DNA of 64,000 bases from the IMG/VR virus record IMGVR_UViG_3300032018_000003. One strand, given 5' to 3'. This document shows, in pieces, positions 1-9,752 of the stretch. The notes beneath the pieces are model-generated. The model was given only the letters and a program-made list of their open reading frames with translations. It did no database searches and was not told where the DNA came from. Source of the DNA: a virus. Lineage: Duplodnaviria > Heunggongvirae > Uroviricota > Caudoviricetes. Positions within the stretch are counted from its first letter, which is position 1. Each line of letters opens with the position of its first letter. A program made the translations under genes and the position numbers.

Positions 1-111
1 AAGAATAGGTAAATCAGAATTATGTTGTTCGCAATATTCTATAGCTGCGATTTGGTTCTTATGTTCTTCTATTTTCAATATGTCGTTTATCATTATTGTT
101 TCACTTCCTTT

Positions 112-594
112 TTATTCATCATTTTCTTGATACTTCTTTATTATTTTTGTTTTTCTTTCATTCTCGGCTTGAAGTTCTGATATTTGTTTTAATAAATTAA
201 ATTTATTTTTGTGTTGTATGTTGTGTTGTATGATTAAAAAATTATGTTCTTTTTGTAATTTTATAAATTGTTTTAAACGTATATCATTTATATTGTGAAT
301 TTCTTTGTCTTTCTCTTCTGTTAAAAGTAATAATCTGTTAATTTCTGTTTGTGCTGTGTTCAATAGCATTTCTTTGGTTTGAAGTTCGGAATCTTTCTCT
401 TCTTTATAATTAATATGTATTTGTTCAATACACATTTCTAATTGGTTTATTGTTAAATCTTTAAATCGTATATCGGAGTTGTGGAGTTGTTTTATTTCTT
501 TCAAATCATTGGTATTTAATGCCTCTCTATGCTTAACATATAAATATAATTTATCATACGCACTTTCAAAAGTTTCCTTATCGTTGTTTGGCAT
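112..594 (-). CDS. hypothetical coiled-coil protein (160 aa)
   Basis: ORF from track. Sequence is Lys/Glu/Leu-rich and heptad-like. No catalytic motif seen. Confidence 0.35.
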   Translation of the reverse strand: MPNNDKETFESAYDKLYLYVKHREALNTNDLKEIKQLHNSDIRFKDLTINQLEMCIEQIHINYKEEKDSELQTKEMLLNTAQTEINRLLLLTEEKDKEIHNINDIRLKQFIKLQKEHNFLIIQHNIQHKNKFNLLKQISELQAENERKTKIIKKYQENDE

Positions 595-685
595 TTTTAT
601 ATAACCTCCATAATTTGTAATTTATTATAATCATCTATCCAAGCTATCCATTTCTGTTCTTTAATATAAAATTCTATTGTGTCGG

Positions 686-1027
686 TCATTTTACCACCCA
701 ATTTGCTTTCATTAGTGCTTCATCTAGTGCTTCCGAAACACAACAACCACCATTATAAAAACGAATAGTATAATTTAATTCTTTATCAATTTCAAATATA
801 TCATCTTCTTCATTAACTTCTATTAAGTTTGTTTCATAAACATCATTATTATTTATATAATATTTATTATATTCAATATTTTCTAGTTCTTCTTCCCAAT
901 TTCTATTATATGATTTTAAAAAAAAAATATTATTTTGATTACAAATTCTTTTACAACAATCCTCTTTATTTTCATTTTCTAAATTTAATCTTTTTAATTT
1001 TCCTTTATAATGTACCGTTTCACTCAT
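686..1027 (-). CDS. hypothetical protein with two CC dicysteine pairs (113 aa)
   Basis: ORF from track. Its start overlaps the stop of the upstream gene (ATGA). Confidence 0.3.
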   Translation of the reverse strand: MSETVHYKGKLKRLNLENENKEDCCKRICNQNNIFFLKSYNRNWEEELENIEYNKYYINNNDVYETNLIEVNEEDDIFEIDKELNYTIRFYNGGCCVSEALDEALMKANWVVK

Positions 1028-1290
1028 ATCAAACCACCATCTTTTAAGATTTTAATCTCATTTTCACACCATTCTATTAATTCATCTACGAAATAAGCAT
1101 CATTACAAGTGCAGTTACCTAAAATTTCACTATCTTTTATTGGATTTAAAATAGTTTTGCAGGTTAAGGCGTGGGCTTTTGCGTATTTTTCTATATAACG
1201 TAACATATATCTATCTTTTCGATTGAAATTATTTACGTGTATTTCTACTCTTTTAAATTCATTAACCAAATCTGTGCTTATTGATTTCAT
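1024..1290 (-). CDS. small protein, paralog A of MKSI...EIKILKDGGLI family (88 aa)
   Basis: Conserved N-terminus MKSISTDLVNE, central KAHALTCKTIL motif and C-terminus EIKILKDGGLI. These are shared with ORFs 3607..3834 and 3998..4297. Confidence 0.5.
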   Translation of the reverse strand: MKSISTDLVNEFKRVEIHVNNFNRKDRYMLRYIEKYAKAHALTCKTILNPIKDSEILGNCTCNDAYFVDELIEWCENEIKILKDGGLI

Positions 1291-2078
1291 CTTAATACCT
1301 CTAATGCTCGATTAAGTTTATCTATTTCTTTTTGTTTTCTTTCTATTTCTGATTTGATAAAGTTTATAACTAATTGATTTTCAGTTTTCTTTAATTCTTC
1401 TTCAGTTTTCTTTAATTCTTCTTCAGTTTTCTTTAATTCTTCTTCAGTTTTCTTTAATTCTTCTTCAGTTGGGCTACTCGAAACGAACCTGCCGTAATTG
1501 TTAAGGTTATTATCACCATCGGCATTCGAGTAGTTACTATTAACATTATAAAGGACAACCGCCCGAACTCCGTTTTTACCATCACAACCATCTAAATAAA
1601 ATCCCATAGCTTCTGATTTATTAAATAATTTAAAATAATTTTCTGCATAATTTGATAATAATTTTGTATCTCCTTCACATGCAGCAATCCACGCAGGGTG
1701 TGATTTTACTTCATTTAATGATAACAAATCATCATATTCAGCATCTTTTATATTTAATACAACAGCACCTTTTTCTTTTTTCATTTGATTATATTGTTCG
1801 TCAGTTATAGGTAAAAAACTACTATTAAAATTTTCATCAATATTGATTAGCAATTCACATTTTGGCACAATAATAAACTCTCCTGTTTCATTAAAATTTT
1901 TAGGATACACAACAGCAGTACAAGAGTCTTGCCAAGTTTCAAATAATTTCCTGTCATTATTTTTTTTCAAATCGATTAATCTTGCCTCAACGTTTTGTCT
2001 GAATGTAAAAGCTTTATCTCTAAAGACAGCCATTCCTTTTGCATAAGTATCGTATCTTTTTGATATTTCGTATTTCAT
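1287..2078 (-). CDS. hypothetical protein with 4x TEEELKK tandem repeat (263 aa)
   Basis: ORF from track. The internal peptide repeat is encoded by the 21-bp tandem repeat at 1380-1470. Confidence 0.45.
   Translation of the reverse strand: MKYEISKRYDTYAKGMAVFRDKAFTFRQNVEARLIDLKKNNDRKLFETWQDSCTAVVYPKNFNETGEFIIVPKCELLINIDENFNSSFLPITDEQYNQMKKEKGAVVLNIKDAEYDDLLSLNEVKSHPAWIAACEGDTKLLSNYAENYFKLFNKSEAMGFYLDGCDGKNGVRAVVLYNVNSNYSNADGDNNLNNYGRFVSSSPTEEELKKTEEELKKTEEELKKTEEELKKTENQLVINFIKSEIERKQKEIDKLNRALEVLR
1380..1470. repeat. tandem repeat, 21-bp unit ttcagttttctttaattcttc x4.3
   Basis: Four perfect copies read directly (1380-1400, 1401-1421, 1422-1442, 1443-1463) plus a partial copy. Confidence 0.9.
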
Positions 2079-2401
2079 TGTTTTTTACCTCTTTATTTCG
2101 TTAAACAATACATGTGGTTGTTAAATACTTCCATACAAGCAGGATATTTAACATAGTATTGATAATATATTGATAATAAAATTAATAACATAATAGCAAT
2201 AATTATTAAAATAAGTTTCTTGTCCATCATTTCACCACTTTACTTTTAAAATCTTTACATAATATAGGATTAAATTTCTTTTTCAACCAACATACTCTTA
2301 TATAATAATTATATGTCATTGTTTGAGTATGATGTAAAGACATCTTACTACCAAAGTATTTACATTTTTCACAAAGTTGTAATATTTTCATATCAAACCA
2401 C

Positions 2402-3610
2402 CTATTTATTTTTACATAAATAATAATCGTCTGTTACTTCTTTACATTCGTTTTCATCAAAATTGTATTTATTAGCTTCAATTCCGTTGTAAAAAGCTCT
2501 AGTTGTATTTATTATTATATCATTAATCTTTTGGGTGTATAAATCACAATCTTTTTTTGTCATTGTTTGAAACATATGGTCTCCAACAGAGCACATTACT
2601 TTTTCTGTTATGTTTTCTTTTTTAGGCATTTCACGTCCAGTAGTTATTGTGGTATTACATTCTGGTGGTATTTCACAACCTTTTAACCAAGAATAATTAT
2701 TTAATGAACTAGGGCATAATCCGTGATTTATAACGGGACAAACATCTTCTGTATTATTTTCAATTTTTATTGTAATAGTAGGTAATACTGTTACTCCTAC
2801 ATTTACAGTTGTTGCGTTAAAACTGTATTTATTAACTTCAGTTGTATTTATTATTATAGCATTAATCTTTTGGGTGTATAAATCACAATCTTTTTTTGTC
2901 ATTGTTTGATACATATGGTCTCCAACAGAGCACATTACTTTTTCATTACAATTTTTATAAATGTGAACAGTATGCCCATATTCATTAACATACTCATAAT
3001 CACAATTTTCTTTACTTTCTTCTTTAGGTTTTAATTCATCACACACTTCTGTAACATTTATACGTTTGCAATTAGTAGCATTCAAACAAAAATCTACATA
3101 ACCTATGTATTCACAACTCATTCTAGCATAACCTTTTGGTATTGTTGTTTTTGGTTTTATTTCTGTAATATTATAATAATATTCACAATCTGTTCCAGTT
3201 AGTGTATAATTACCTTTTATAAAATTAGGAGCAGCAGCAACCCACGTATCTTTTTGAGAAAAACAACCATTTGGAAAAGTATAATTGATTGTTGCTGTAT
3301 TGTTTATTGGGTAACTCCAATCATACAAAACATTACTAAATTTACCTAATGTGTTTTGTCTTGTTTTAGTACAATTCGTAATTTCTAAAGAACCATAACC
3401 ATAATACACAATACATTTTTTTGTACCTGTTTCATCAAAAATATGTAGATTTCTTTCTGTAAATTGCTTAAAGTCTGCGTTTGTATCTTTACCTTCAACA
3501 ATATTTGTAAGTATTGAGTCTAAACTATACCCAATCCAAATACCAATCATAAGTGAAATCACTATTATTGTAGCTATTAACATACCATTATCCGAAATTA
3601 AACTTTTCAT
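2402..3610 (-). CDS. Cys-rich membrane-anchored putative glycoprotein with internal duplication (402 aa)
   Basis: N-terminal hydrophobic anchor, about 30 Cys and many N-x-S/T sequons. The peptide KVMCSVGDHM(Y/F)QTMTKKDCDLYTQKIN occurs twice. Confidence 0.5.
   Translation of the reverse strand: MKSLISDNGMLIATIIVISLMIGIWIGYSLDSILTNIVEGKDTNADFKQFTERNLHIFDETGTKKCIVYYGYGSLEITNCTKTRQNTLGKFSNVLYDWSYPINNTATINYTFPNGCFSQKDTWVAAAPNFIKGNYTLTGTDCEYYYNITEIKPKTTIPKGYARMSCEYIGYVDFCLNATNCKRINVTEVCDELKPKEESKENCDYEYVNEYGHTVHIYKNCNEKVMCSVGDHMYQTMTKKDCDLYTQKINAIIINTTEVNKYSFNATTVNVGVTVLPTITIKIENNTEDVCPVINHGLCPSSLNNYSWLKGCEIPPECNTTITTGREMPKKENITEKVMCSVGDHMFQTMTKKDCDLYTQKINDIIINTTRAFYNGIEANKYNFDENECKEVTDDYYLCKNK
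2465..2944. repeat. intragenic direct repeat, copies 2465-2605 and 2825-2944
   Basis: A core of about 104 bp is identical except for 2 mismatches. Upstream similarity continues with a 24-bp in-frame indel. Confidence 0.8.
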
Positions 3611-3834
3611 ATCAAACCACCATCTTTTAATATTTTTATTTCTGATTCACACCATCTTAAAATATGCTCTTTATCTGAACAAAAAATATCATTTTCTCTC
3701 ATAGTATAATTTTCTAAAATAGTTTTATAAGTTAATGCGTGTGCTTTTGCTTTTGTATAATACGTATATCTAATTTGTAAATCTTCCCAGTTTATACTTA
3801 TGTCATTAACTAATTCAGTCGCTATGCTTTTCAT
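3607..3834 (-). CDS. small protein, paralog B of MKSI...ILKDGGLI family (75 aa)
   Basis: N-terminus MKSIATELVND and C-terminus ESEIKILKDGGLI. Overlaps the start of the downstream gene by ATGA. Confidence 0.5.
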   Translation of the reverse strand: MKSIATELVNDISINWEDLQIRYTYYTKAKAHALTYKTILENYTMRENDIFCSDKEHILRWCESEIKILKDGGLI

Positions 3835-3997
3835 TTCTTCACTTCATCCGTTGTATCATTAAAATCAATTCTTACTAAGTCAATACAGCCTCTTAAAATA
3901 CTATCTATATGAGATGGTCTTAATGATTTATTTTTATATTTATGTAATATTAATAATATTTCGTTCATACATTTATAATAATCGTTCATATCTGTTT

Positions 3998-4297
3998 TCA
4001 TATCAAACCACCTTCTTTTAATATTTTTATCTCACTTTCACAATAATCATATATTTGTATTGCTTCTCTTGTTGCACTACACCACCTGTTTTCTAAAATA
4101 GTTTGGCAGGTTAAGGCGTGTTGTTTTGCTTTTGTTAAAATTTTAAAATAATAATCTTCTAATTCACTACCGCCATATCCATCGTCATCTATATTACTAA
4201 GTTTATTAGGGGTTGTATAATGGTCTTCAAATGTTATATTATTATTTTTTAATAATACTATAAATTCATTAACCAAATCTGCACTTATTGATTTCAT
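3998..4297 (-). CDS. small protein, paralog C of MKSI...ILKEGGLI family (99 aa)
   Basis: N-terminus MKSISADLVNE, central KQHALTCQTIL motif and C-terminus ESEIKILKEGGLI. Confidence 0.5.
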   Translation of the reverse strand: MKSISADLVNEFIVLLKNNNITFEDHYTTPNKLSNIDDDGYGGSELEDYYFKILTKAKQHALTCQTILENRWCSATREAIQIYDYCESEIKILKEGGLI

Positions 4298-4509
4298 TGT
4301 CCCACTCCATATGGTTTTTTTATAATAACTTTTTTAGTTTTTCTTTTCTTATCATTTATCCAGTAAAATAAACCATATTCTTGCATTCTATAATGATATG
4401 TAACAGAAACTATTTGTTGAATTATTATTTTTTTATTAAGTTTATTATTTAGATTTACAAAATTTCTTAAATCTATCATACTTTGAAATGTAGCACATTC
4501 TAATTTCAT
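4294..4509 (-). CDS. hypothetical basic protein (71 aa)
   Basis: ORF from track. Translationally coupled to 3998..4297. Confidence 0.3.
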   Translation of the reverse strand: MKLECATFQSMIDLRNFVNLNNKLNKKIIIQQIVSVTYHYRMQEYGLFYWINDKKRKTKKVIIKKPYGVGQ

Positions 4510-4510
4510 A

Positions 4511-4762
4511 TTACATCAACCTGTATTTTAGTATTACCATTTGCATAGCAATTCCTTCTCTTAGTTCCATATATTGCTGATACTTTGGTTCTTCTTTTAA
4601 TGTTCCTTCGTAATCTCTCAATACGTTCTCTGCTTCGTTTAATGCAAAAGAACCAACCATATCGTCGATACTGTTTGCTTTTAATCTATCGTCTAAATAT
4701 TTTATTTTGTCATCTCTGTTCATAATAATCACTCCGTTTAGTTTCACATTCGTATAAATCAA
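4511..4762 (-). CDS. hypothetical protein (83 aa)
   Basis: ORF from track. Confidence 0.3.
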   Translation of the reverse strand: MIYTNVKLNGVIIMNRDDKIKYLDDRLKANSIDDMVGSFALNEAENVLRDYEGTLKEEPKYQQYMELREGIAMQMVILKYRLM

Positions 4763-4883
4763 CTTGATTTTTTAGTCCATATATTCTGAATATACATCTA
4801 TGCAATCAGTAGAAAGATACAATCTCTCGATTTCTTGTGCTCTTTCGATGTTCCATAAAGTTTGTTTATCAGTTTCATTCATC

Positions 4884-5069
4884 TTAATCTTGCCCAAACG
4901 TATCATCTTGACATTTTTGACATAATCCACTAATCATATATTCTTTCATAGAAATATGATTACGAAAATCTTTATTATTTATTGGTTTATTACAAAAAGG
5001 ACAAATTTTATTATTAACTTTTTCTACTTCTTTTGAAAATCCACTTTGTTTCATTATTTCTTTGTTCAT
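4884..5069 (-). CDS. small zinc-ribbon protein (61 aa)
   Basis: Carries CPFC...CQKC cysteine pairs. Confidence 0.4.
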   Translation of the reverse strand: MNKEIMKQSGFSKEVEKVNNKICPFCNKPINNKDFRNHISMKEYMISGLCQKCQDDTFGQD

Positions 5070-5201
5070 TTATTCTACCTCATATAAATCAATTTGATTC
5101 AACCCACATTGTTCACAACGTCCCTTTTCTGCGCGTATAGGACGTTTTCTCCATTCGTGTAGTGTGGTTCTATGTAACCAACACAGTTCGCAAATTTTCA
5201 T
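5070..5201 (-). CDS. small zinc-ribbon protein (43 aa, not in track)
   Basis: Manually translated as MKICELCWLHRTTLHEWRKRPIRAEKGRCEQCGLNQIDLYEVE. Its stop abuts the start of the next gene. Confidence 0.35.
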   Translation of the reverse strand: MKICELCWLHRTTLHEWRKRPIRAEKGRCEQCGLNQIDLYEVE

Positions 5202-5365
5202 TTTTTGTTACTCTCATCAACACCATCACTAAACCCATCATTATAAATTTTATTAATAATATTACAAAGTTCTTGTTCTTTATCACTTTCTTCTTCGTCG
5301 TTATTTATTACTTTTTTAATTTGTTTAAAAATTTTTTCAACATATTTGTCTTTCATGCTTTCACC

Positions 5366-5578
5366 TCAAAAAAATAGTTCATATTCATTAGTTATTATTC
5401 TAATAAAATAGTGTTGTTTTTTTAATATTTTAATAAAATCCTCTAAGTTATATTCATCATTATCTTTTCTATAATCATCTAAATCTATACTAAATTGTTT
5501 AATACATCCGTCTTTAATTTCTATCATTGGATATTGATACTTCTCGTTATCATATAATTTAATTATACTTGTTTTCAT
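5366..5578 (-). CDS. hypothetical protein (70 aa)
   Basis: ORF from track. Confidence 0.3.
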   Translation of the reverse strand: MKTSIIKLYDNEKYQYPMIEIKDGCIKQFSIDLDDYRKDNDEYNLEDFIKILKKQHYFIRIITNEYELFF

Positions 5579-5910
5579 GGTTTCACCTCGTTATATTAGT
5601 ATTATGTAGTGTTGTAAATTCATTATTTGTTTTTTCGTCTATTTCTTCAAAAAATAAAATATCTTGTCCTGCGTTAATAGTTGCTTCAAATCTTGCCTCT
5701 TCTTCATTGTTAGCTTCTATTTCTCCAGTAATTTTAAATTTCATACTTTCACCCTACCAACATACTTTTTCTAAATCGTTTATTATAATTCCATTCCTTT
5801 GGTGAATTTTTTCTTTTTTCGTTTCGTTTACATCTTAAATGTGCATCACCATGCGAATTAATTTGTAATGGTAATAAACAAATTCTACATTTTGTTGTCA
5901 TTTTATATCG

Positions 5911-6108
5911 CTATCCGAAATAATCTTCATCTAATACGCATTTGTTTTGTTTAACTATTACTCTACGTTCAGTATTGTTTATAGGTTTTATTGAAGTTCC
6001 TTTCATATGAAACACATAATATTTAAACCCGAACAAAGCTTTATGTAAACATCTTTTTTTATTAAGTTTATTCTTTTGTAAACATTGTTTAAACTTTTGA
6101 ATTTTCAT
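5911..6108 (-). CDS. hypothetical basic protein (65 aa)
   Basis: ORF from track. Overlaps the upstream gene by ATGA. Confidence 0.3.
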   Translation of the reverse strand: MKIQKFKQCLQKNKLNKKRCLHKALFGFKYYVFHMKGTSIKPINNTERRVIVKQNKCVLDEDYFG

Positions 6109-6293
6109 ACAACTTCCTCAATTTCACAACGTAATTTTATTTTCTTACCGATCATTTCTTTTGGCAATACTATATTTGTGCACACTACTACTCCGGGTCC
6201 AGTCTTACTTTGTAATACAATATATTCATTCTGAATAACTGTATTTTCAGACCCCCTAGCTCGTCTACATAAATACCCTTTGTGTATTATCAT
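6105..6293 (-). CDS. hypothetical protein (62 aa)
   Basis: ORF from track. Confidence 0.3.
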   Translation of the reverse strand: MIIHKGYLCRRARGSENTVIQNEYIVLQSKTGPGVVVCTNIVLPKEMIGKKIKLRCEIEEVV

Positions 6294-6645
6294 TGTATCA
6301 AATTTCCTTTATTATCATATTTACATTTACAATATTTTTTAAAAATTAAAAAATCTAATATTGGTAATTTATATTCCTTTGACATTATCACTACTCGGAT
6401 CGGTTTTATTATCCGTAACTGACATTCCGGGCATATCTTTGGTAGGCTCATGTAGTATTACCTTTTTTATTAAACATCCATTCTCATATTGTAATTCATA
6501 CAATATAGATTCTTTTGGTTCACTATTATGTGTAAACCATAAATTTTCCAACACATTCTCTTTTAAATCCATTTTTGCACCTCAATATTTTAAAATTGGT
6601 TATATATAAAGGATATACAATAACCTTTATATAGGTTTTGTTTCT

Positions 6646-6873
6646 TTACTCGTCGTCTAAGCCGTTTTTTTCAAGTTTAAAAGATTTTTTCTTATCTTTA
6701 ACATATTGTTTAATTGCTTCAACAACAACTTCACCAAACTCTTTGTTACTTACAACGTTCTCTGTGTCGTATATATATAATTTTTTTATTACTGCTTTTA
6801 CATTATCTAATCTTGTAAAAGTTATACAATACTTAACTTCTTGTTTATCTCCTATTCTTATTCGTATCCCCAT
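6646..6873 (-). CDS. hypothetical protein (75 aa)
   Basis: ORF from track. Confidence 0.3.
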   Translation of the reverse strand: MGIRIRIGDKQEVKYCITFTRLDNVKAVIKKLYIYDTENVVSNKEFGEVVVEAIKQYVKDKKKSFKLEKNGLDDE

Positions 6874-7172
6874 ATTATATCACCCAAACTTCTCTTTTAA
6901 TTTTTCATACTGTTGTTTTTCATTAAGTTCTTTTTGATTTTTTTCTCGTTCTTCCTCTTTTCTTCTTTTAATTTCTTCTTCGTCTGTTTCCAATTCTTCA
7001 TGTTGTAATTCTAAATGGTTTCCTTCTTCCCACGAATCAGATTCGACAGACACGTTTAATTATTTATCTGGATATGTTCCTTTATAATTTTGAAGTATTG
7101 ATATAGCTTCATCGAGTGTTCCTTCCAAATCATAATTACTTATTTCACACAATGTCCGTGTTTTTGTTTGTT

Positions 7173-7388
7173 TCATTTTAGATTCTCCCTCAACATTTTA
7201 TTAAACATTAAATATTTATCAATAATTTTTTTATTCTGTTCTAATGTTCTTACTTTAATTATTTCAATATCATCAAACCCTATTTTAGTTAAAAGCTCGT
7301 TTGCTTTTTCTTTACCCACTTTACTTTCAACATAATCAAACAGTGATGTTATTTGGTCTACTGCATTTATAGTATCGTCGTCTATCAT
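7173..7388 (-). CDS. hypothetical protein (71 aa)
   Basis: ORF from track. Confidence 0.3.
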   Translation of the reverse strand: MIDDDTINAVDQITSLFDYVESKVGKEKANELLTKIGFDDIEIIKVRTLEQNKKIIDKYLMFNKMLRENLK

Positions 7389-7399
7389 TATTTAACACC

Positions 7400-7789
7400 T
7401 CACAATAACAATATAAAATAATTATGACTTTTCTGAATAACGTTATGTGTTATCGCATCATCTACTAAATCATCAAACTCGTCATATAGCACATCACAAC
7501 TTACTACATTTCCTTTTGTTTCTATATAAGTTATAAGTTGTTTAAACTTATCCTGAACTTTTTCAATTTCATTTACTCTAGGGTCTTTATTATTTAATAA
7601 CCAAGTCTTAATATAGTTTATATGTTTACATCCTTCAATAGGTTTTCGCATTGTATAATCCATACAACTACATGTATTATCATTAAACTTATATTTTTTC
7701 AACGGAATACTAAATGTTCCGTCGTTATTATAAGTAGGTTGTATTCCCGAATCATATAATTTTTTTCCTTCTTCAATTCTGTCTACCAT
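7400..7789 (-). CDS. SWIM-type zinc-finger protein candidate (129 aa)
   Basis: CSCMDYTMRKPIEGCKH fits the C-x-C-x(n)-C-x-H SWIM signature. Confidence 0.4.
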   Translation of the reverse strand: MVDRIEEGKKLYDSGIQPTYNNDGTFSIPLKKYKFNDNTCSCMDYTMRKPIEGCKHINYIKTWLLNNKDPRVNEIEKVQDKFKQLITYIETKGNVVSCDVLYDEFDDLVDDAITHNVIQKSHNYFILLL

Positions 7790-7994
7790 GTTTTTAACCT
7801 CGGTTTAAATTTTAAAAAATAAAAACTTTATAACAATCTCGTTTGGAATAACCAAAATTTTATGGACTCGAACCACATCTGAATATTCAGTCGCCGACGA
7901 GATTCTGGTTACTTTTACATATGTGTTTTATCCCGCATATGTTCCATATAACGTTGTTATAAAGTCTTATATAATTATAAAAAATAAAAAATAC

Positions 7995-8753
7995 TTATTT
8001 GAATTTCTTAATAATATCCAAATAAGGTTTCTTTCTCTCTTCGAGTTGTTTAATTTCTCTATCAAACGCGTTGATACTATCTGTCGCTTGTCTTAATTGT
8101 GTTTTTGCGTATTCTACTTCTGCGTTTGCTTTTTCTAAATCAAATTGTTTTTTCGCTTCTACTAAATTTACTGGTTTTATTTCATCTATATTCATAGTTT
8201 CACCTTGGTTATTTCGTGTTATTATACAATGTCTGTTTTGTTGTCTTACGTTCGATATAAAAGTATCTATCATTTCTTTTTGTTTTTGTGTGGACTCATC
8301 GTTCCATTTTTTCCACAAATTTTCTGGTTGTACTAACTCAAATCCTTTTTCGTTCGACCATTCACAAAACATTGTTCTTGATTCTTTCATTTTAAGTTCA
8401 AAACTTTCAATACTAGGTGAATATCTTATATCCACAATAGTAAATTTTTTTCCAACTTCTCCTGATGATGTCGAATATCCTGAATATATACATTCTACAA
8501 CATCTCCAATTTTAAATTTTGGTTCGTTTTCAATAATAACTTCTTCTACAATATCTCGAGAAGAACCTGGCGTCGTAGTCGCAGTTCCATCTATCTTATA
8601 CGTTTCTCTTCTAAGAGTTGTATCGAAATCTTGTTCAAAAGGAAACAAGAATATACCTCCTCTTCCACATTCGTCATCTTGCGGAAGTCTTTTTCTAATT
8701 TTAAAAACAGTTCCTGCACCGTCTTTATATGTTTTACCTGCTTCAAGTTTCAT
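7995..8753 (-). CDS. hypothetical protein with C-terminal coiled coil (252 aa)
   Basis: ORF from track. An oligo-T terminator-like tract lies directly after its stop. Confidence 0.4.
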   Translation of the reverse strand: MKLEAGKTYKDGAGTVFKIRKRLPQDDECGRGGIFLFPFEQDFDTTLRRETYKIDGTATTTPGSSRDIVEEVIIENEPKFKIGDVVECIYSGYSTSSGEVGKKFTIVDIRYSPSIESFELKMKESRTMFCEWSNEKGFELVQPENLWKKWNDESTQKQKEMIDTFISNVRQQNRHCIITRNNQGETMNIDEIKPVNLVEAKKQFDLEKANAEVEYAKTQLRQATDSINAFDREIKQLEERKKPYLDIIKKFK

Positions 8754-8914
8754 TTATTTTGTCACCTCATTAAAATCTGTTTTCAATTTCTTGATATTGA
8801 ACGTTATCAATATCACTTAATTTATGGGTATAACAAAAGTTATCGAACTCTTCTAATGTTATATTTCCTGTTGCTTTGTCTAATAGTGCTTCATATATGT
8901 TTTCTCTTGTCATA

Positions 8915-9400
8915 TTAATCAGTCTCCGACAAAACCATTTTGCCTTTTAATCCTTTTACTTTTCCTTTACCATCGAACCGATAACCCCATACTTCGTTAT
9001 CTTCTCCGGTAAAAATCATATCTCCTTTGGTTACTTTATCTTTTAAATAATTTGCTAAATCTTCATCGTCATAGAATTTTTGTTCATAGTCTATAACTAA
9101 AGAATTATCTTCTTTTATTTCTAATGCTTCTATATGATAAAAAACATAATCTCCTGAAAGTTTAATTTTATCTCTCATTATTTTAAAGTTTTTGTGTTCT
9201 CCTTTCGGATTACTTTTAGTTATATTTGAACTACAACTTAAATATTCTGGAGAATTCTCCACACAACATAAAATATCTTTTAATAATTGTTCTTTGCATT
9301 CCTTTTTTACTTTCGTTGTAAATTCTACTCTTGAATAATATCCCATTTCAATCACCTCAACATTCCGCTTGAAAATTACAATATCCTGTTTTCTTGACAC
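8915..9400 (-). CDS. hypothetical protein (161 aa)
   Basis: ORF from track. Confidence 0.35.
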   Translation of the reverse strand: MSRKQDIVIFKRNVEVIEMGYYSRVEFTTKVKKECKEQLLKDILCCVENSPEYLSCSSNITKSNPKGEHKNFKIMRDKIKLSGDYVFYHIEALEIKEDNSLVIDYEQKFYDDEDLANYLKDKVTKGDMIFTGEDNEVWGYRFDGKGKVKGLKGKMVLSETD

Positions 9401-9752
9401 ACTTTAAAATCTTTTTACCTAATTCTAATCGTGCGTACCAAGTTAATTTTTTTATAGCATCTCTACCAACTTCTTCCTTTAATTGTTCGTCATTGTACCC
9501 ACAATCTTTTTTAAAGAATTTATCAAACTTTTCTTTATATTCTCCTAATTCTTCTTCACATTTTTCAATACCTTTTTCAATTTCTGGTAAATGTTCTTTA
9601 TCAAAACAATATTCTAAATAGTTTGGTTGTTGTCCTTCGTAACCGAAAAAATCGGCATCACTACTGCTCTGAACTGCAAACCAAAATTTACCTTCTATGT
9701 CCCCTGTTATATAACGTCCTATGTTAATCAATCCTCCTTCTAATGATCCCAA
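9357..9752 (-). CDS. hypothetical protein (131 aa)
   Basis: ORF from track. Confidence 0.35.
   Translation of the reverse strand: MGSLEGGLINIGRYITGDIEGKFWFAVQSSSDADFFGYEGQQPNYLEYCFDKEHLPEIEKGIEKCEEELGEYKEKFDKFFKKDCGYNDEQLKEEVGRDAIKKLTWYARLELGKKILKCVKKTGYCNFQAEC

Noticed and set aside
2465-2944. Diversity-generating retroelement (template and variable repeats) explanation for the intragenic repeat
   Set aside because: No reverse transcriptase is present in the window. The two copies differ by only 2 substitutions and an in-frame indel, not by adenine-specific changes.
6105-6293. Assigning 6105..6293 as a KOW or ribosomal-protein-like gene
   Set aside because: The resemblance (GPGVVVCTNIVLPKEMIGKKIKL) is too weak to support a family call without profile search.
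7855-7940. Calling a tRNA gene from the GGTTCGAGTCC T-loop match
   Set aside because: No acceptor, D or anticodon stems could be built. Only a T-arm-like hairpin is present. I report it as a finding rather than a tRNA feature.
8071-8820. 249-aa plus-strand ORF, and similar plus-strand ORFs (for example 13722..14093 and 32094..32594), inside the minus-strand arm
   Set aside because: They lie entirely antisense to well-supported minus-strand genes. They have low-complexity Phe/Ser/Leu-rich translations typical of antisense frames in AT-rich DNA, and they have no SD sites.
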